Source: a candidate division FCPU426 bacterium (GTDB taxonomy: Bacteria > Oederibacteriota > Muellerivitia > Muellerivitales > Muellerivitaceae). From it: 64,000 nt of DNA. Position numbers and translations under genes: made by a program. Below are positions 1 to 10,127 of the stretch, piece after piece; within the stretch, counting starts at the first letter, position 1; each line of letters opens with the position of its first letter. The notes beneath the pieces are model-generated. The model was not told the DNA's origin. It was given only the letters and a program-made list of their open reading frames with translations, and did not search any database. Location of the stretch: the NCBI GenBank assembly GCA_963796105.1, contig CAWCKJ010000003.1, positions 480,001 through 544,000 of the forward strand, read 5' to 3'.

Positions 1-327
1 AAGTTCATGACAGCGCGTGTCGCCGTTGCCGCAATTAGCACAGACTCGATTGAAGACTCAGCTGACTTCAACCAAAATTGGCGGTTCCCTTTTCCGCTTC
101 TTTCCGATCCAAATCTCCACTTGATAGACGCTTACGGCCTTCGCCATCCCCACGGGCACGGGATTCACGACATCAGCCATCCATCGATGATCATCATCGA
201 TCCGCAAAAAACAATCCAATTCAAATATGTCGGGAAGAATCCCCAAGACCGCCTTCAAGACGACGAGATACTTTACGTCATCCAACAAATCAGAAACAGA
301 CTCGCGAAAACAACAAATCAAAAATAA
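1..327 (+). CDS. Peroxiredoxin/AhpC-TSA family protein, C-terminal part (5'-truncated by window edge)
   Basis: AISTDS...FPLLSDP...YG...IID...I.F.YVG pattern typical of thioredoxin-fold peroxiredoxins. Confidence 0.75.
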   Translation, partial: KFMTARVAVAAISTDSIEDSADFNQNWRFPFPLLSDPNLHLIDAYGLRHPHGHGIHDISHPSMIIIDPQKTIQFKYVGKNPQDRLQDDEILYVIQQIRNRLAKTTNQK

Positions 328-419
328 AAAACCCCATCAAGAATTTAATTATTCCTGATGAGGTTTTATTATTCGAAATTACTTTTAACAACACTACCTA
401 TGTGAACGTTTAATCCGCG

Positions 420-1430
420 CTACCTTGAACCAGCGGTCGGCTCCTTATAGTTCATCAGGGTTCGGATGTACTGGGCGCGCTCAAAAGCCATGGGGTTTTC
501 ATGCTTTTTTTGGCTCGCGCTTCCCAGCATTTCCTTCACGGACAAGTACTCATTTTCTTTCATCCAAAATTTAATTCCCTGTTCCAGTTCATGGATATGC
601 TTGATACCGTTCTTTAAAAGGGTTGAGCACAACTGAGTGACGCAGGCCCCGGCCAGAATCATTTTGATAACGTCCTCCGAGGTGTGGATTCCAGTGGACG
701 CGGCAAGATCTGTTTTCACTCTCCCGTGGAGGATCGCGATCCAACGCAACGGAAGCCGTCCTTCCTCGGATGAGCTTAGAACCACCGTGTTGTCCACATC
801 TAGGGTTTCAAGGTTCAAATCCGGCTGGTAAAACCTGTTGAAAAGGACAATCCCATTAGCGCCCGCGTCCGCCAATCTGCTAACCGCCGCGGGAAGGGAG
901 GTAAAAAACGGGGAGAGTTTTATGGCCACGGGAATCTTCACCATGCTTTTGACGCCCGAAAGGATTTCCAAGTATTCCTTTTCCAGGTCCTCCCCTCCCA
1001 CTTTCACTTCGGTGGGAACGTTGTAAAAATTCAATTCCAGGGCATCCGCCCCGGCATCGGCCAGTTTTTTCGCGAAACGGGTCCACCCCCCCGGGGTCAC
1101 CCCGTTCAACGAGGCAATAACAGGGATTTTCACGGCCTTTTTCACTTTTAGAAGTTGATCAAGGTATTCCTTCGGCTCTGGCAGGAACTCCTCGTACCGG
1201 GGGAAATAACTGAGAGCCTCGGCGTAACTTTCCGTCCCCTGCGCCAAACCCTTCTCAACCTGGTATTGGTCGCTCAAAATCTGTTCCTCAAAAAGGGATT
1301 TGAGCACGACCGCGGACGCGCCAGCTTCCTCAAGGCGTTTAATGCTTTCCACCTCAACCGTGAGGGGAGAGGCGGCGGCGACCAGGGGCGACCTTAACTT
1401 CAGCCCCATATATGTAGTTGTTATGTCCAT
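420..1430 (-). CDS. Dihydroorotate dehydrogenase-like FMN protein
   Basis: TTYMGLKLRSPLVAAASP, GADALELN, LFNRFYQPD motifs; downstream of PFOR, a common arrangement. Confidence 0.9.
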   Translation of the reverse strand: MDITTTYMGLKLRSPLVAAASPLTVEVESIKRLEEAGASAVVLKSLFEEQILSDQYQVEKGLAQGTESYAEALSYFPRYEEFLPEPKEYLDQLLKVKKAVKIPVIASLNGVTPGGWTRFAKKLADAGADALELNFYNVPTEVKVGGEDLEKEYLEILSGVKSMVKIPVAIKLSPFFTSLPAAVSRLADAGANGIVLFNRFYQPDLNLETLDVDNTVVLSSSEEGRLPLRWIAILHGRVKTDLAASTGIHTSEDVIKMILAGACVTQLCSTLLKNGIKHIHELEQGIKFWMKENEYLSVKEMLGSASQKKHENPMAFERAQYIRTLMNYKEPTAGSR

Positions 1431-1465
1431 ATCATTACCCCCGGATTAAAAATTTTATAATTTTC

Positions 1466-4400
1466 TTAACTTGCGGCAGTTGCAGTCTCCGCCACCGGTC
1501 CCGGCCCGGCCACATCGGCGGAGGCCAGCTTCTTATAGTAGGCGTACTTCTCCCGGACATCCTTTTGCGCCTGTCCAATCAGCCGTTTGGACTCTTCCGG
1601 ATTTGCCTTCATGAGGATCTTAAAGCGGTTTTCCTTGGTGATATATTCCTCCAAGGGCAAGGTCGGCTCGCTAGAATCCAATTGCAAGGGATTCTTGCCC
1701 GCCGCGGCCAAACGGGGATCATACCGGTAGAGGATCCATTGGCCCGACTGGACCGCGGCCTTCTGCTGTTTCAAGCCGTTGACCATGTCGATGCCGTGGG
1801 AGATGCAATGGCTGTAGGCGATGATGAGGGCCGACCCGTCGTAAGATTCGGCTTCGTTAAACGCCTTCAGGGTCTGGGCGTCGTTGGCTCCCATGGCCAC
1901 CCGGGCCACGTAGATGTTGCCGTAGCTCATGGCGATGAGTCCGAAATCCTTCTTCGCCATCAACTTGCCAGCGGCCGCGAATTTCGCGACTGCCCCCCGC
2001 GGGGTGGACTTGGACATCTGCCCCCCCGTGTTGGAATACACTTCCGTGTCCAGGACCAGCACCTTCACGTTGCGGCCGGTAGCCAGCACATGGTCCAAGC
2101 CCCCATAGCCGATATCGTAGGCCCAGCCGTCGCCTCCCATGATCCAGACGCTCTTTCGCACCAAATAGTCGGCGTTCAGGACAAGTTCCTTCGCCTCCGC
2201 CGAGGATTCCTTAACCAATTTTTCCTTTAATTGCTTCACGCGGGCGCGCTGTTGTTCCATCCCCGCGAAAGTCTTTTCCTCGGGGGCCAACAGGGCGCTG
2301 ACCAAGTCGGGCCCAGCGAGGGGCTCCAGTTTTTTCAGAAGATATTGGGCCCTGGCCCGGGTCTGGTCAACGGACAGCCTCATGCCCAGCCCGAATTCAG
2401 CGTTGTTCTCAAAAAGCGAGTTGCTCCAGGTGGGTCCCCGGCCGTTCGCGTCCTTGGACCAGGGCGTGGTCGGCAGGTTTCCCCCATAGATGGAGGAACA
2501 ACCGGTGGCGTTGGCAATCAAGGCATGGTCCCCCACCAACTGGGAAAGGAGTTTCACGTAGGGTGTCTCCCCGCAGCCTCCGCAGGCCCCCGAAAACTCG
2601 AAATAGGGCTGTAATAACTGCTGTTGCATGATCAGGGAAAGGTTCAGGCTCTTGGGGTCCCGGGGCGGCAGGGTCAGGAAGAAATCCCAATTCGCCGACT
2701 CCTGCTTGACCAAGGGGTGCTGGGGCTGGAGATCCAGCGCCTTGTGCTTGTTTTCGGTTTTGCTTTTTCCCGGGCATACGTCCACGCAGAGCCCGCAACC
2801 CGTGCAATCCTCCGGTGCGACCTGGACCGAGTATTTCAAACCCTTCCAATCGCGGTACTTGGCGTCCGCCGACTTGAAGCCGGTTGGCGCTTTTCCCAGT
2901 AAAGACGGCTCATAAACGTTGACCCGGATGGTCCCATGGGGGCAGACGAAGGAGCATTTCGAGCATTGGATGCAGATTTCCGGGTCCCAAACGGGGATAT
3001 CCTGGGCGATATCCCGCTTTTCATATTGGGTGGTTCCGGTAGGGAATGTCCCGTCCACGGGAAACGCCGAGACCGGCAGGTCGTCCCCATGACCCGTGAT
3101 GATCGATCCCATGACCTTCCTCACGAATTCCGGCGCGCTATCCGGGACGGGCTTGCGCATGGTGACCTGGCTCAGGGACTTTCCAGCGTATTGCACCTCG
3201 TGCAGGTTGGCCAGGGTTTGGTCCACCGCCCGAAGGTTGGCCTGCACCACCTCGTCGCCCTTTTTCTTGTAGGTGTTGATGATGGATTTCTTGATCTTAT
3301 CGATGGCTTCATCCTTGGGCAGAACCCCCGAGATGGCGAAAAAGCATACCTGCATGATGGTATTGATCCGACCGCCCATGCCCGTTTCCTTGGCCACCTT
3401 GTAGGCGTCAATCACGTAAAATTTGGCTTTCTTCTTCTGGAGCGACTCCTGGACCGGCCTGGGAAGGGTTTCCCAAACCTTGTCGGCGGGAACTGCGGTG
3501 TTGTAGAGGAATGTCCCTCCATCCACCAGACTGACCAACATGTCGGAACGGTCGATGAATTGGGGTTGGTGGCAAGCGACAAAATTCGCCTTTGAGATGA
3601 GGTAGGAGGAATGAATCGCGTTGGGGCCGAACCGCAAGTGGGAGACAGTCATGCTGCCGGATTTTTTCGAGTCGTAAACGAAATAACCCTGGGCCCAGTT
3701 ATCCGTGTTTTCGCCGATGATTTTGATGGTGTTCTTATTGGCGCCGACAGTCCCATCCGCCCCCAACCCGAAGAAAAGGGACCGGTTGACGGCATCAGGC
3801 TCTGTGTTGAAATGAGGATCGTAGGGTAGGCTCAGGTGGGTCACGTCATCGTTGATGCCGATGGTGAAATGGTTCTTGAGCTTGGCTTCCTTCAAGTGAT
3901 CCAGGACCCCCTTGACCATGGCTGGGGTGAATTCCTTGGAGGACAATCCGTAACGGCCCCCGATGACCCGGGGCTTATTTTTAAGCGAACCCCAGCCGTT
4001 CTCAGCAGATTCGGCGACTGACAACAGGATATCCTGGTACAGAGGTTCCCCGGCCGATCCCGGCTCTTTGGTACGGTCCATGACCGCAATGGACTTGACG
4101 GTGGAGGGCAGGGCCTCCATGAAATGCTTGGGGGAGAAGGGACGGAACAGCCTTACCTTCAAAATGCCTGTTTTCTCGCCCTTGGCGTTCAAGGCGTCCA
4201 CGGCCTCATGGGCCACTTCCGCACCCGAACCCATCATCACCAGCACACGCTCGGCGTCCGGGGCCCCGTGATAGTCGAATAGATGGTACTGGCGTCCCGT
4301 GACCTTGGCGACCCGATCCATGGCTTTTTGGACGATTCCCGGTACCGCCAGGTAAAAGGAGTTGCAGGCTTCCCGGGCCTGGAAAAACACATCTGGGTTC

Positions 4401-5062
4401 TGGGCGGTTCCCCGGATAATGGGCTTGTCGGGCGTCATGGCCCGCGACCGGTGTTCTTCCACCTTTTTCATGTCCACCACCGCCCGGACGTCGTCATCGG
4501 AAATCAGGCTGACCTTGGCCACCTCATGGGAGGTCCGGAAACCATCGAAGAAATGCATGAAGGGCACCCTTGAATCCAGGGTGGAGGCGTGGGCCACCAG
4601 GGCCATGTCCATGGCTTCTTGGACCGAGTTGGAGCAAAGCAGGGCGAAACCCGTGGAGCGGATCGCCATGACGTCCGATTGGTCCCCAAATATGGAAAGG
4701 GCGTGGGTGGCCACGGTTCGGGCCGTGACGTGTAAAACGGTCGGAGTCAGCTCGCCCGCGATCTTGAACATGTCCGGAATCATTAACAGAAGGCCTTGGG
4801 AGGCGGTGAAGGTGGTGGCGAGGGAACCCCCTTGGAGGGCGCCGTGCAGGGCGCCGGCCGCCCCGCTTTCGCTTTGCATTTCCATGATGCTGGGAATGTT
4901 TCCCCAGAGGTTCGTCTTACCCATGGCAGCCCAGTCGTCGGCCCATTCCGCCATAGGGGAGGAAGGTGTGATGGGGTAAATACTGATGACCTCGCTTAAG
5001 CGGTACGCGATCCTGGCGACCGCCTCATTGGCGTCCAGCGTGTAAACTTTAGAATCTCCCAT
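1466..5062 (-). CDS. nifJ: Pyruvate:ferredoxin (flavodoxin) oxidoreductase
   Basis: YPITPSS, EMQSE.GAAG, two 4Fe-4S motifs (CIQCSKCSFVCP, CTGCGLCVDVCP), GGDGWAYDIG TPP motif; ATG 5062 follows AGGAG RBS. Confidence 0.97.
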   Translation of the reverse strand: MGDSKVYTLDANEAVARIAYRLSEVISIYPITPSSPMAEWADDWAAMGKTNLWGNIPSIMEMQSESGAAGALHGALQGGSLATTFTASQGLLLMIPDMFKIAGELTPTVLHVTARTVATHALSIFGDQSDVMAIRSTGFALLCSNSVQEAMDMALVAHASTLDSRVPFMHFFDGFRTSHEVAKVSLISDDDVRAVVDMKKVEEHRSRAMTPDKPIIRGTAQNPDVFFQAREACNSFYLAVPGIVQKAMDRVAKVTGRQYHLFDYHGAPDAERVLVMMGSGAEVAHEAVDALNAKGEKTGILKVRLFRPFSPKHFMEALPSTVKSIAVMDRTKEPGSAGEPLYQDILLSVAESAENGWGSLKNKPRVIGGRYGLSSKEFTPAMVKGVLDHLKEAKLKNHFTIGINDDVTHLSLPYDPHFNTEPDAVNRSLFFGLGADGTVGANKNTIKIIGENTDNWAQGYFVYDSKKSGSMTVSHLRFGPNAIHSSYLISKANFVACHQPQFIDRSDMLVSLVDGGTFLYNTAVPADKVWETLPRPVQESLQKKKAKFYVIDAYKVAKETGMGGRINTIMQVCFFAISGVLPKDEAIDKIKKSIINTYKKKGDEVVQANLRAVDQTLANLHEVQYAGKSLSQVTMRKPVPDSAPEFVRKVMGSIITGHGDDLPVSAFPVDGTFPTGTTQYEKRDIAQDIPVWDPEICIQCSKCSFVCPHGTIRVNVYEPSLLGKAPTGFKSADAKYRDWKGLKYSVQVAPEDCTGCGLCVDVCPGKSKTENKHKALDLQPQHPLVKQESANWDFFLTLPPRDPKSLNLSLIMQQQLLQPYFEFSGACGGCGETPYVKLLSQLVGDHALIANATGCSSIYGGNLPTTPWSKDANGRGPTWSNSLFENNAEFGLGMRLSVDQTRARAQYLLKKLEPLAGPDLVSALLAPEEKTFAGMEQQRARVKQLKEKLVKESSAEAKELVLNADYLVRKSVWIMGGDGWAYDIGYGGLDHVLATGRNVKVLVLDTEVYSNTGGQMSKSTPRGAVAKFAAAGKLMAKKDFGLIAMSYGNIYVARVAMGANDAQTLKAFNEAESYDGSALIIAYSHCISHGIDMVNGLKQQKAAVQSGQWILYRYDPRLAAAGKNPLQLDSSEPTLPLEEYITKENRFKILMKANPEESKRLIGQAQKDVREKYAYYKKLASADVAGPGPVAETATAAS

Positions 5063-5299
5063 GGCAAGGCTCCTTAGATGTTGATTGTCGGGACTCATAT
5101 TAGATTTCAAGAGTCCGCATCAGTATGACACGGCTCATAATTTCTCAGGACAAAAATTAAAATATTTTTTCGCGGGGCGAATTTTCAGTTGAAATCTTCA
5201 TTTGAAGTTTGAAAGGAATGGGATATCAATCGATTGTCGGGATCATTCGGTAGGGGAAAATCAAAAAACCAAAAAAATTCAAACCTATCCAAAATAATA

Positions 5300-5540
5300 C
5301 TTAGCCACGGATACATGGGATTCATGGGATTTAAAGCGCATTTTGATCATGTTCTATGGTCCAGCTGGCGGTCGATGGAAAAATTAATTTTTTCACGGTC
5401 CGCAGACTTGACCATAACGCCCATCGGGCGCAAGAGCATTGCTCTTGTCATGATCTGAGATCTCTTTGAATTGTTCATCGTGCATTTTCCATTTTGTTCA
5501 TTTGTATTCATCCCCTGCATCCCCTGAATCCGTGGCTAAG
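5300..5540. repeat. ~240-bp segment bounded by ~31-bp imperfect inverted repeats (MITE/REP-like)
   Basis: CTTAGCCACGGAT (5300-5312) and ATCCGTGGCTAAG (5528-5540), each extended inward by two 9-mer subrepeats. Confidence 0.55.
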
Positions 5541-5638
5541 GACTTGGTTTTGCTTGAAGCTTTTGGATTTAAGTATTTTTGATTTTTACAATCTTTGTTT
5601 CCTGGATTTTGTTTTATTTGGACAGTTATAAAAAAAAT

Positions 5639-7867
5639 TCACTCAATAGGCATGGTTCCCTTTTCAAGGATTTCATCCGTGATTCCCCTCTGCTTCATGA
5701 CCACGTGAAGTTTATGCCGAAGGATCGGCATGCGTTTGGCGAGTTCCCGGAATTCCCTGCCGGAGATGACCAGAGTCGCGACTTCCGTCTCGGCTTTCGC
5801 GGTGGCGTTCCTCTTGTCGGTATAGCCCAAGGCCACGTTCTCCCCGAAGAAATCACCGGCCCTCAACCCCGTCGAGAAGACGACTTTTCCATTCTCGTTT
5901 TTCTGGAGTATCTCGACCTGTCCCCTTGAGATGACGAAAAAGTCATCGGTCTTCCCCCCCTGGCGGACGATCAATTCCCCCTCGGCAAAAACCTGGCTTC
6001 GAGCCATCAGGGAAATCTCGTGCTTGGCCGTGGGGTCCAGGTCCCTGAAAATCGAGATGGAGGAAATGAGGGGGCGCCTGATCCACATGCTGGAAAAGTT
6101 TTCCTTCAGGTCGTTTTTCTCCACGAACTCCAGGAACAAGTCCCCCGCGAGCTTGAACAGGACCACCGGCGTCTTGGAGACGACCGTGGCATTGGTCTTG
6201 GATTTGTTGAGGATCGACATTTCCCCGAAAAAATCCCCTCCTTCCAGGGTGGCCATCAGGGGTTCCCCGGGGTTTTCCGGGTCCAGGACATCCAGGGTTC
6301 CCGATAGGATGAAATAGAAGGAATCGCCCTCCTGGCCCTTCTTCACCACCTCCGTGGCGGAGGGGAACTCCACGACCTTGCCCCGGGAGAAAATAACGTT
6401 CAGCCAGGCCGGGTCCTTCACGTGAAACAGCTTGAGGGCCTGGACCACCCCGCTGTAAACGGATTGGGGAAATTGCCTCTCTTTCAAATAGGTTTTCCCC
6501 CATCCAGGTTTGGCCACCTGGTACTTCTCCCCCTTCACCTGGGAGGGATTCACGTGGTAGAAAAGAAATTCCGTGTTGGGGAAACGCTCCATCAAGGAAT
6601 CCCAATCAGATGGCTCGCCGTGGATCATCCCCCCGCCCCCGTCGATCATGGCCAGGGCCTCGTCGCCCCGGACCAATCCCCTCATCCGCTCCAAATGCTC
6701 ACCGCTGATGGCGCCTTCCTCCGCCAGCTTTTTCATGGCCTTGAAATGAGCCAGGTCGCTGGAATGCAGGAGGGCCAAGGGAGCGCCATTTTCATCCGGG
6801 ACTGTTACCCTAAATCCAATGGTCGGGATGGAATGGACTGTGTAAAAGAATTCCCAGGATGCCCCGTACATTTGATAGGTCCTGCCTGGAATCACCTCGA
6901 CAAACTCCATCATTTGCTTCACTGTCTCGACCGGTTCCCCAATGACCATGGCCACCTTCATTACAGCCGACTCGTATATTTCCCTGGTGGAAATCAAGGC
7001 GAAGGAATGTTCGGAAAGGATCAGTTCGCTCAAGGAGCAATGGTCGTCATGGACGTGGGTTTGAATGATGGCCGTCAGCCGGTCCTTGGAAACCCCGACT
7101 TGTTTAAGGGTCCTGCCGACCCCCGCTGGAGAGTCGATTAAAAAGCCGTTTCCGTTGATCCATAAAAGCATTCCCGTGGTGGGCCCTCCGGGGTCAAAGC
7201 CGGTATAACAGCCCAGGATTTTCAATCTCAGGGTTTCCGGTTTTTCTTTTTCTTGCGATAAATCCACGAGCGGGGGAAGTTGTTCCCCGCTAAAACTCAA
7301 ATCCAATATGGACAATTTCCCCTGGTCCGAGACCTCGAACCTGTTCCCTCCCAAAGGTTTGATGAGGTATTCGGAAGACCCGGAAAAGATCGGGATTTGG
7401 CCCTGCTCGGCCCCCTCGGGGAAAGGGATAAACTCGAACAGATCCTCGACCTGCAGGATGACCCCGGCTTTTTTAAGCGCCAACCCGTCCGACATCCGGG
7501 CGAGCATTTCGGCTCGGCCTTTGCTCAATCCCCATTTTTTCATTTCCGCGAGGCTGGGGCCCAGCAGGGTGATGCGGAGGATTTCCCGGAGCCTGTCGCA
7601 CATGTCGCGGCTCCCCAGGATCCTGAATTTCTTCCCGTTTTGGTATCCCTGGTCGATGAACAAGAACCAATAACCCAGGAACTCAAAGGCCATTTGGGAC
7701 ACGCCGTTGATATGGGACACATCCGGAAGAATTCCCGCGTGGGGGATTTTTTTCTTTTGCTTGAGGAGGACTTTCAGGATTTCAGGGGGACTTCCCAGCA
7801 AGGCGCTGGTTTGGGGGCCCTCCAAATGGAAACAGCCTGGGACGACGGGGGTGATTCGCATAACCAT
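5639..7867 (-). CDS. MBL-fold metallo-hydrolase with two C-terminal cNMP-binding domains
   Basis: THVHDDH (HxHxDH) motif; two GDFFGE cNMP-binding motifs. Confidence 0.85.
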   Translation of the reverse strand: MVMRITPVVPGCFHLEGPQTSALLGSPPEILKVLLKQKKKIPHAGILPDVSHINGVSQMAFEFLGYWFLFIDQGYQNGKKFRILGSRDMCDRLREILRITLLGPSLAEMKKWGLSKGRAEMLARMSDGLALKKAGVILQVEDLFEFIPFPEGAEQGQIPIFSGSSEYLIKPLGGNRFEVSDQGKLSILDLSFSGEQLPPLVDLSQEKEKPETLRLKILGCYTGFDPGGPTTGMLLWINGNGFLIDSPAGVGRTLKQVGVSKDRLTAIIQTHVHDDHCSLSELILSEHSFALISTREIYESAVMKVAMVIGEPVETVKQMMEFVEVIPGRTYQMYGASWEFFYTVHSIPTIGFRVTVPDENGAPLALLHSSDLAHFKAMKKLAEEGAISGEHLERMRGLVRGDEALAMIDGGGGMIHGEPSDWDSLMERFPNTEFLFYHVNPSQVKGEKYQVAKPGWGKTYLKERQFPQSVYSGVVQALKLFHVKDPAWLNVIFSRGKVVEFPSATEVVKKGQEGDSFYFILSGTLDVLDPENPGEPLMATLEGGDFFGEMSILNKSKTNATVVSKTPVVLFKLAGDLFLEFVEKNDLKENFSSMWIRRPLISSISIFRDLDPTAKHEISLMARSQVFAEGELIVRQGGKTDDFFVISRGQVEILQKNENGKVVFSTGLRAGDFFGENVALGYTDKRNATAKAETEVATLVISGREFRELAKRMPILRHKLHVVMKQRGITDEILEKGTMPIE

Positions 7868-8265
7868 CCTTTCGCTTTCCGTACTTCGCTTGAATCGGCA
7901 ATGCCTCTTCAGGTTTCAGGAAGCCAGCAGGGCTCGGAGGCGGACAGGGGGTTTACTTGAATTTTTCAACCATTTCCCGCTTCCAACAGCACAATTACCT
8001 TAACACAATTTAAGCCGAATATCAGGACCATCCTTTTAAATTACTCAACTTTGGAAAATTCCGGAAGGCATGCATTAGATAGCTATTCCCCCCTTCCCCC
8101 ATGCCTCTCTTTGAAAAACAAAGGCATTGAGCATGGGGACGTCCCCATTTTCCATTTATTATTTTCACATGGATGAAATGGGGGTGAAAGAGGGGGAGAC
8201 ATAGTGTGACCCGCAAATTTGCCCGCGTCAATTTTAGTGAAAACAATTTCACGTCGTTTTTCTGT

Positions 8266-8502
8266 TTAAATCTTGTCCAACAGCTCCAAATATTTTTCCG
8301 GGGTTATTTCAACTTCCCGTAGAATTTCCCGAATCAATGGCCTTGCTATATCTTGTCCCCCGTGATTGGGAACCGTTGTTGTCTTCCCATCAGAAATCCG
8401 CCGGAAAAATACATGGCTTCCCTTTTGCCTTACAGGCTCGAAACCCAAATTCCTAAGCAGTTTATCCATTACACGGAAAGGAATGACGGGCAGTTTGCTC
8501 AA
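8266..8502 (-). CDS. hicA: HicA family toxin
   Basis: GF...RQKGSHV.F...TTVPNH motif. Confidence 0.9.
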   Translation of the reverse strand: MSKLPVIPFRVMDKLLRNLGFEPVRQKGSHVFFRRISDGKTTTVPNHGGQDIARPLIREILREVEITPEKYLELLDKI

Positions 8503-8717
8503 ACCCCCACCTCAACCTGTTGCAGGCCAACGAATTGGGGCAATTCGGCAAGCAGGTCCTTGTTTTCTTCCACGCATAGTTCCAAGACTTCTTTTAGGTT
8601 TTTTTGAAGCTCATCCAGGGTTTTTCCCTGAGTGTGCGCTCCTGGAATTCCCGGAACGATACCCACATACTGTTTTGTTTCCGAATCAAACTCAACGTAA
8701 GCTGTTAATGTCTTCAT
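8499..8717 (-). CDS. hicB: HicB family antitoxin
   Basis: YVGIVPGIPGAHTQGKTLDEL..NLKEVLEL; overlaps hicA start. Confidence 0.9.
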   Translation of the reverse strand: MKTLTAYVEFDSETKQYVGIVPGIPGAHTQGKTLDELQKNLKEVLELCVEENKDLLAELPQFVGLQQVEVGV

Positions 8718-8802
8718 AAATCCTCCCTTTTCCTCAAATAGAATAACCTCTTGGGAAAAAATATAAAAGGGGTGCAAATCACCAGGTTTAGAACATTACT
8801 CA

Positions 8803-9213
8803 TCATAACTGAAGCAGTTCCACCATCCTTCTGGGCGTGACGATCTCGACACCCTCAAAACGCCCCAAGGGTAGAAGGTGTTCTTTGTCCCCCGTAAGCA
8901 GGTATGAGGCGCGGCCGGCTACCGCGCATTCCAAGATATGGTTGTCAGCCTCGCGAGTTTTACTGGCATGGATCGGTCGGGTTGGTCCCACCAGCAGGCA
9001 GTGCAGGATCATATATTTAACGCGTTCTTCCACCATCGGGCCCGGCAGTTCGAGTTTGCCCGATAATGCTTCCTCTACTTCCCTCAAAATGAACTTGGAT
9101 GTGATTAATTCCACGGATTCCCGCTTCCTGGCCCGCGCCACCCTCTCGCAAAAACCCCCGGGCGTTAAAAAAGCCGAGATCCATACGTTTGAATCCAGCG
9201 CCAAGCGGATCAA
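8803..9213 (-). CDS. PIN-domain toxin
   Basis: LDSNVWISA, DNHILECAVAG, LLTGD motifs. Confidence 0.88.
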   Translation of the reverse strand: MIRLALDSNVWISAFLTPGGFCERVARARKRESVELITSKFILREVEEALSGKLELPGPMVEERVKYMILHCLLVGPTRPIHASKTREADNHILECAVAGRASYLLTGDKEHLLPLGRFEGVEIVTPRRMVELLQL

Positions 9214-9214
9214 A

Positions 9215-9469
9215 TCAGGCTTTACCCTTGGGGGATTTGCGGATCTCCCGCACGAGATTTTCCACATCCTGCTCCGTCCGAATGCCCTTGGCTTGGGCGT
9301 AAGGCGCGGCTTCCTCCTGCATACTGTGCCAGCGGTGATCGTCCAAATATTGGAGCACGGCTTCCTTTATGAGCTCACTTCGGGACTGGTGTTTCTCCTT
9401 GGCGATTTTCTCCGCCTCCTTCAGGATTTCCGCCGGAAGGGAAACGGAAGTAATGATTCTATTGGACAT
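9215..9469 (-). CDS. Ribbon-helix-helix (CopG) antitoxin
   Basis: SVSLP.EI...SRSELIKEAV..YL; directly upstream of PIN gene. Confidence 0.85.
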   Translation of the reverse strand: MSNRIITSVSLPAEILKEAEKIAKEKHQSRSELIKEAVLQYLDDHRWHSMQEEAAPYAQAKGIRTEQDVENLVREIRKSPKGKA

Positions 9470-9632
9470 AATGACCTCTTATTAATTGTTAATAATTACT
9501 AATATATATTAGCACAAATTGAATTCAATTTTGGCTCGATTTTCAAAACTGAAATTTTGGTTCGAATTCCGAATCCTGGAAATCTTCAGCCATTATTCAT
9601 TTTTCATTGTTCATTTTAAATTGCCGTTGAAA

Positions 9633-9849
9633 TGCGGGCAGGACACCCGAAACCTGCGGGCAGGACACCCGAAACCTGCTCCTAGGACCCCGGAACTTGC
9701 TCCTAGGTACGGCCGGTTCTGCTACTAGGAACACTAAACCTGCTACTAGGCACCCCGGATCTGCTACTAGGAACGCCAAAACCTGCTACTAGGTACGATC
9801 GGTTCTGCTACTAGGAACACTGAAACCTGCTACTAGGAACCATGGAACC
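9633..9849. repeat. Array A: ten 21-22-bp units with conserved TGCTACTAGG-type core and variable 11-12-nt tail
   Basis: Units start at 9633, 9655, 9677, 9698, 9720, 9741, 9762, 9784, 9806, 9828. Confidence 0.9.
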
Positions 9850-10127
9850 CGGGAATCCCGAAACTCCTGGAACGGGTTCGATAAACTCACCGCTAGCTGG
9901 CCTGGAACCGTCCATGTCTCCGGAAACACCGACCCATGTCGCCGGGAACTTCATAATCCAACGAAAGCGCGCATTCCCTCCAATTAAATCCGCGCACTAA
10001 ATCCAATCCAAAGCGCGCATTTAGAAGGTGTTCGACGCGGGGTTATTCTGGTTTTAAATTCCTTTGACTGATTTATTAATTTCCGATGCTACACGGCCAA
10101 GAACCAATTCTGAAAGAAGAAAATGGT

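Noticed and set aside
1418..4999. Plus-strand ORFs over nifJ, and similar shadow ORFs such as 39812-40870 and 62426-63637
   Set aside because: Antisense shadows of GC-rich well-supported genes
9633..9849. CRISPR array
   Set aside because: Core (10 bp) and spacers (11-12 nt) are far too short, and the spacers are related to one another
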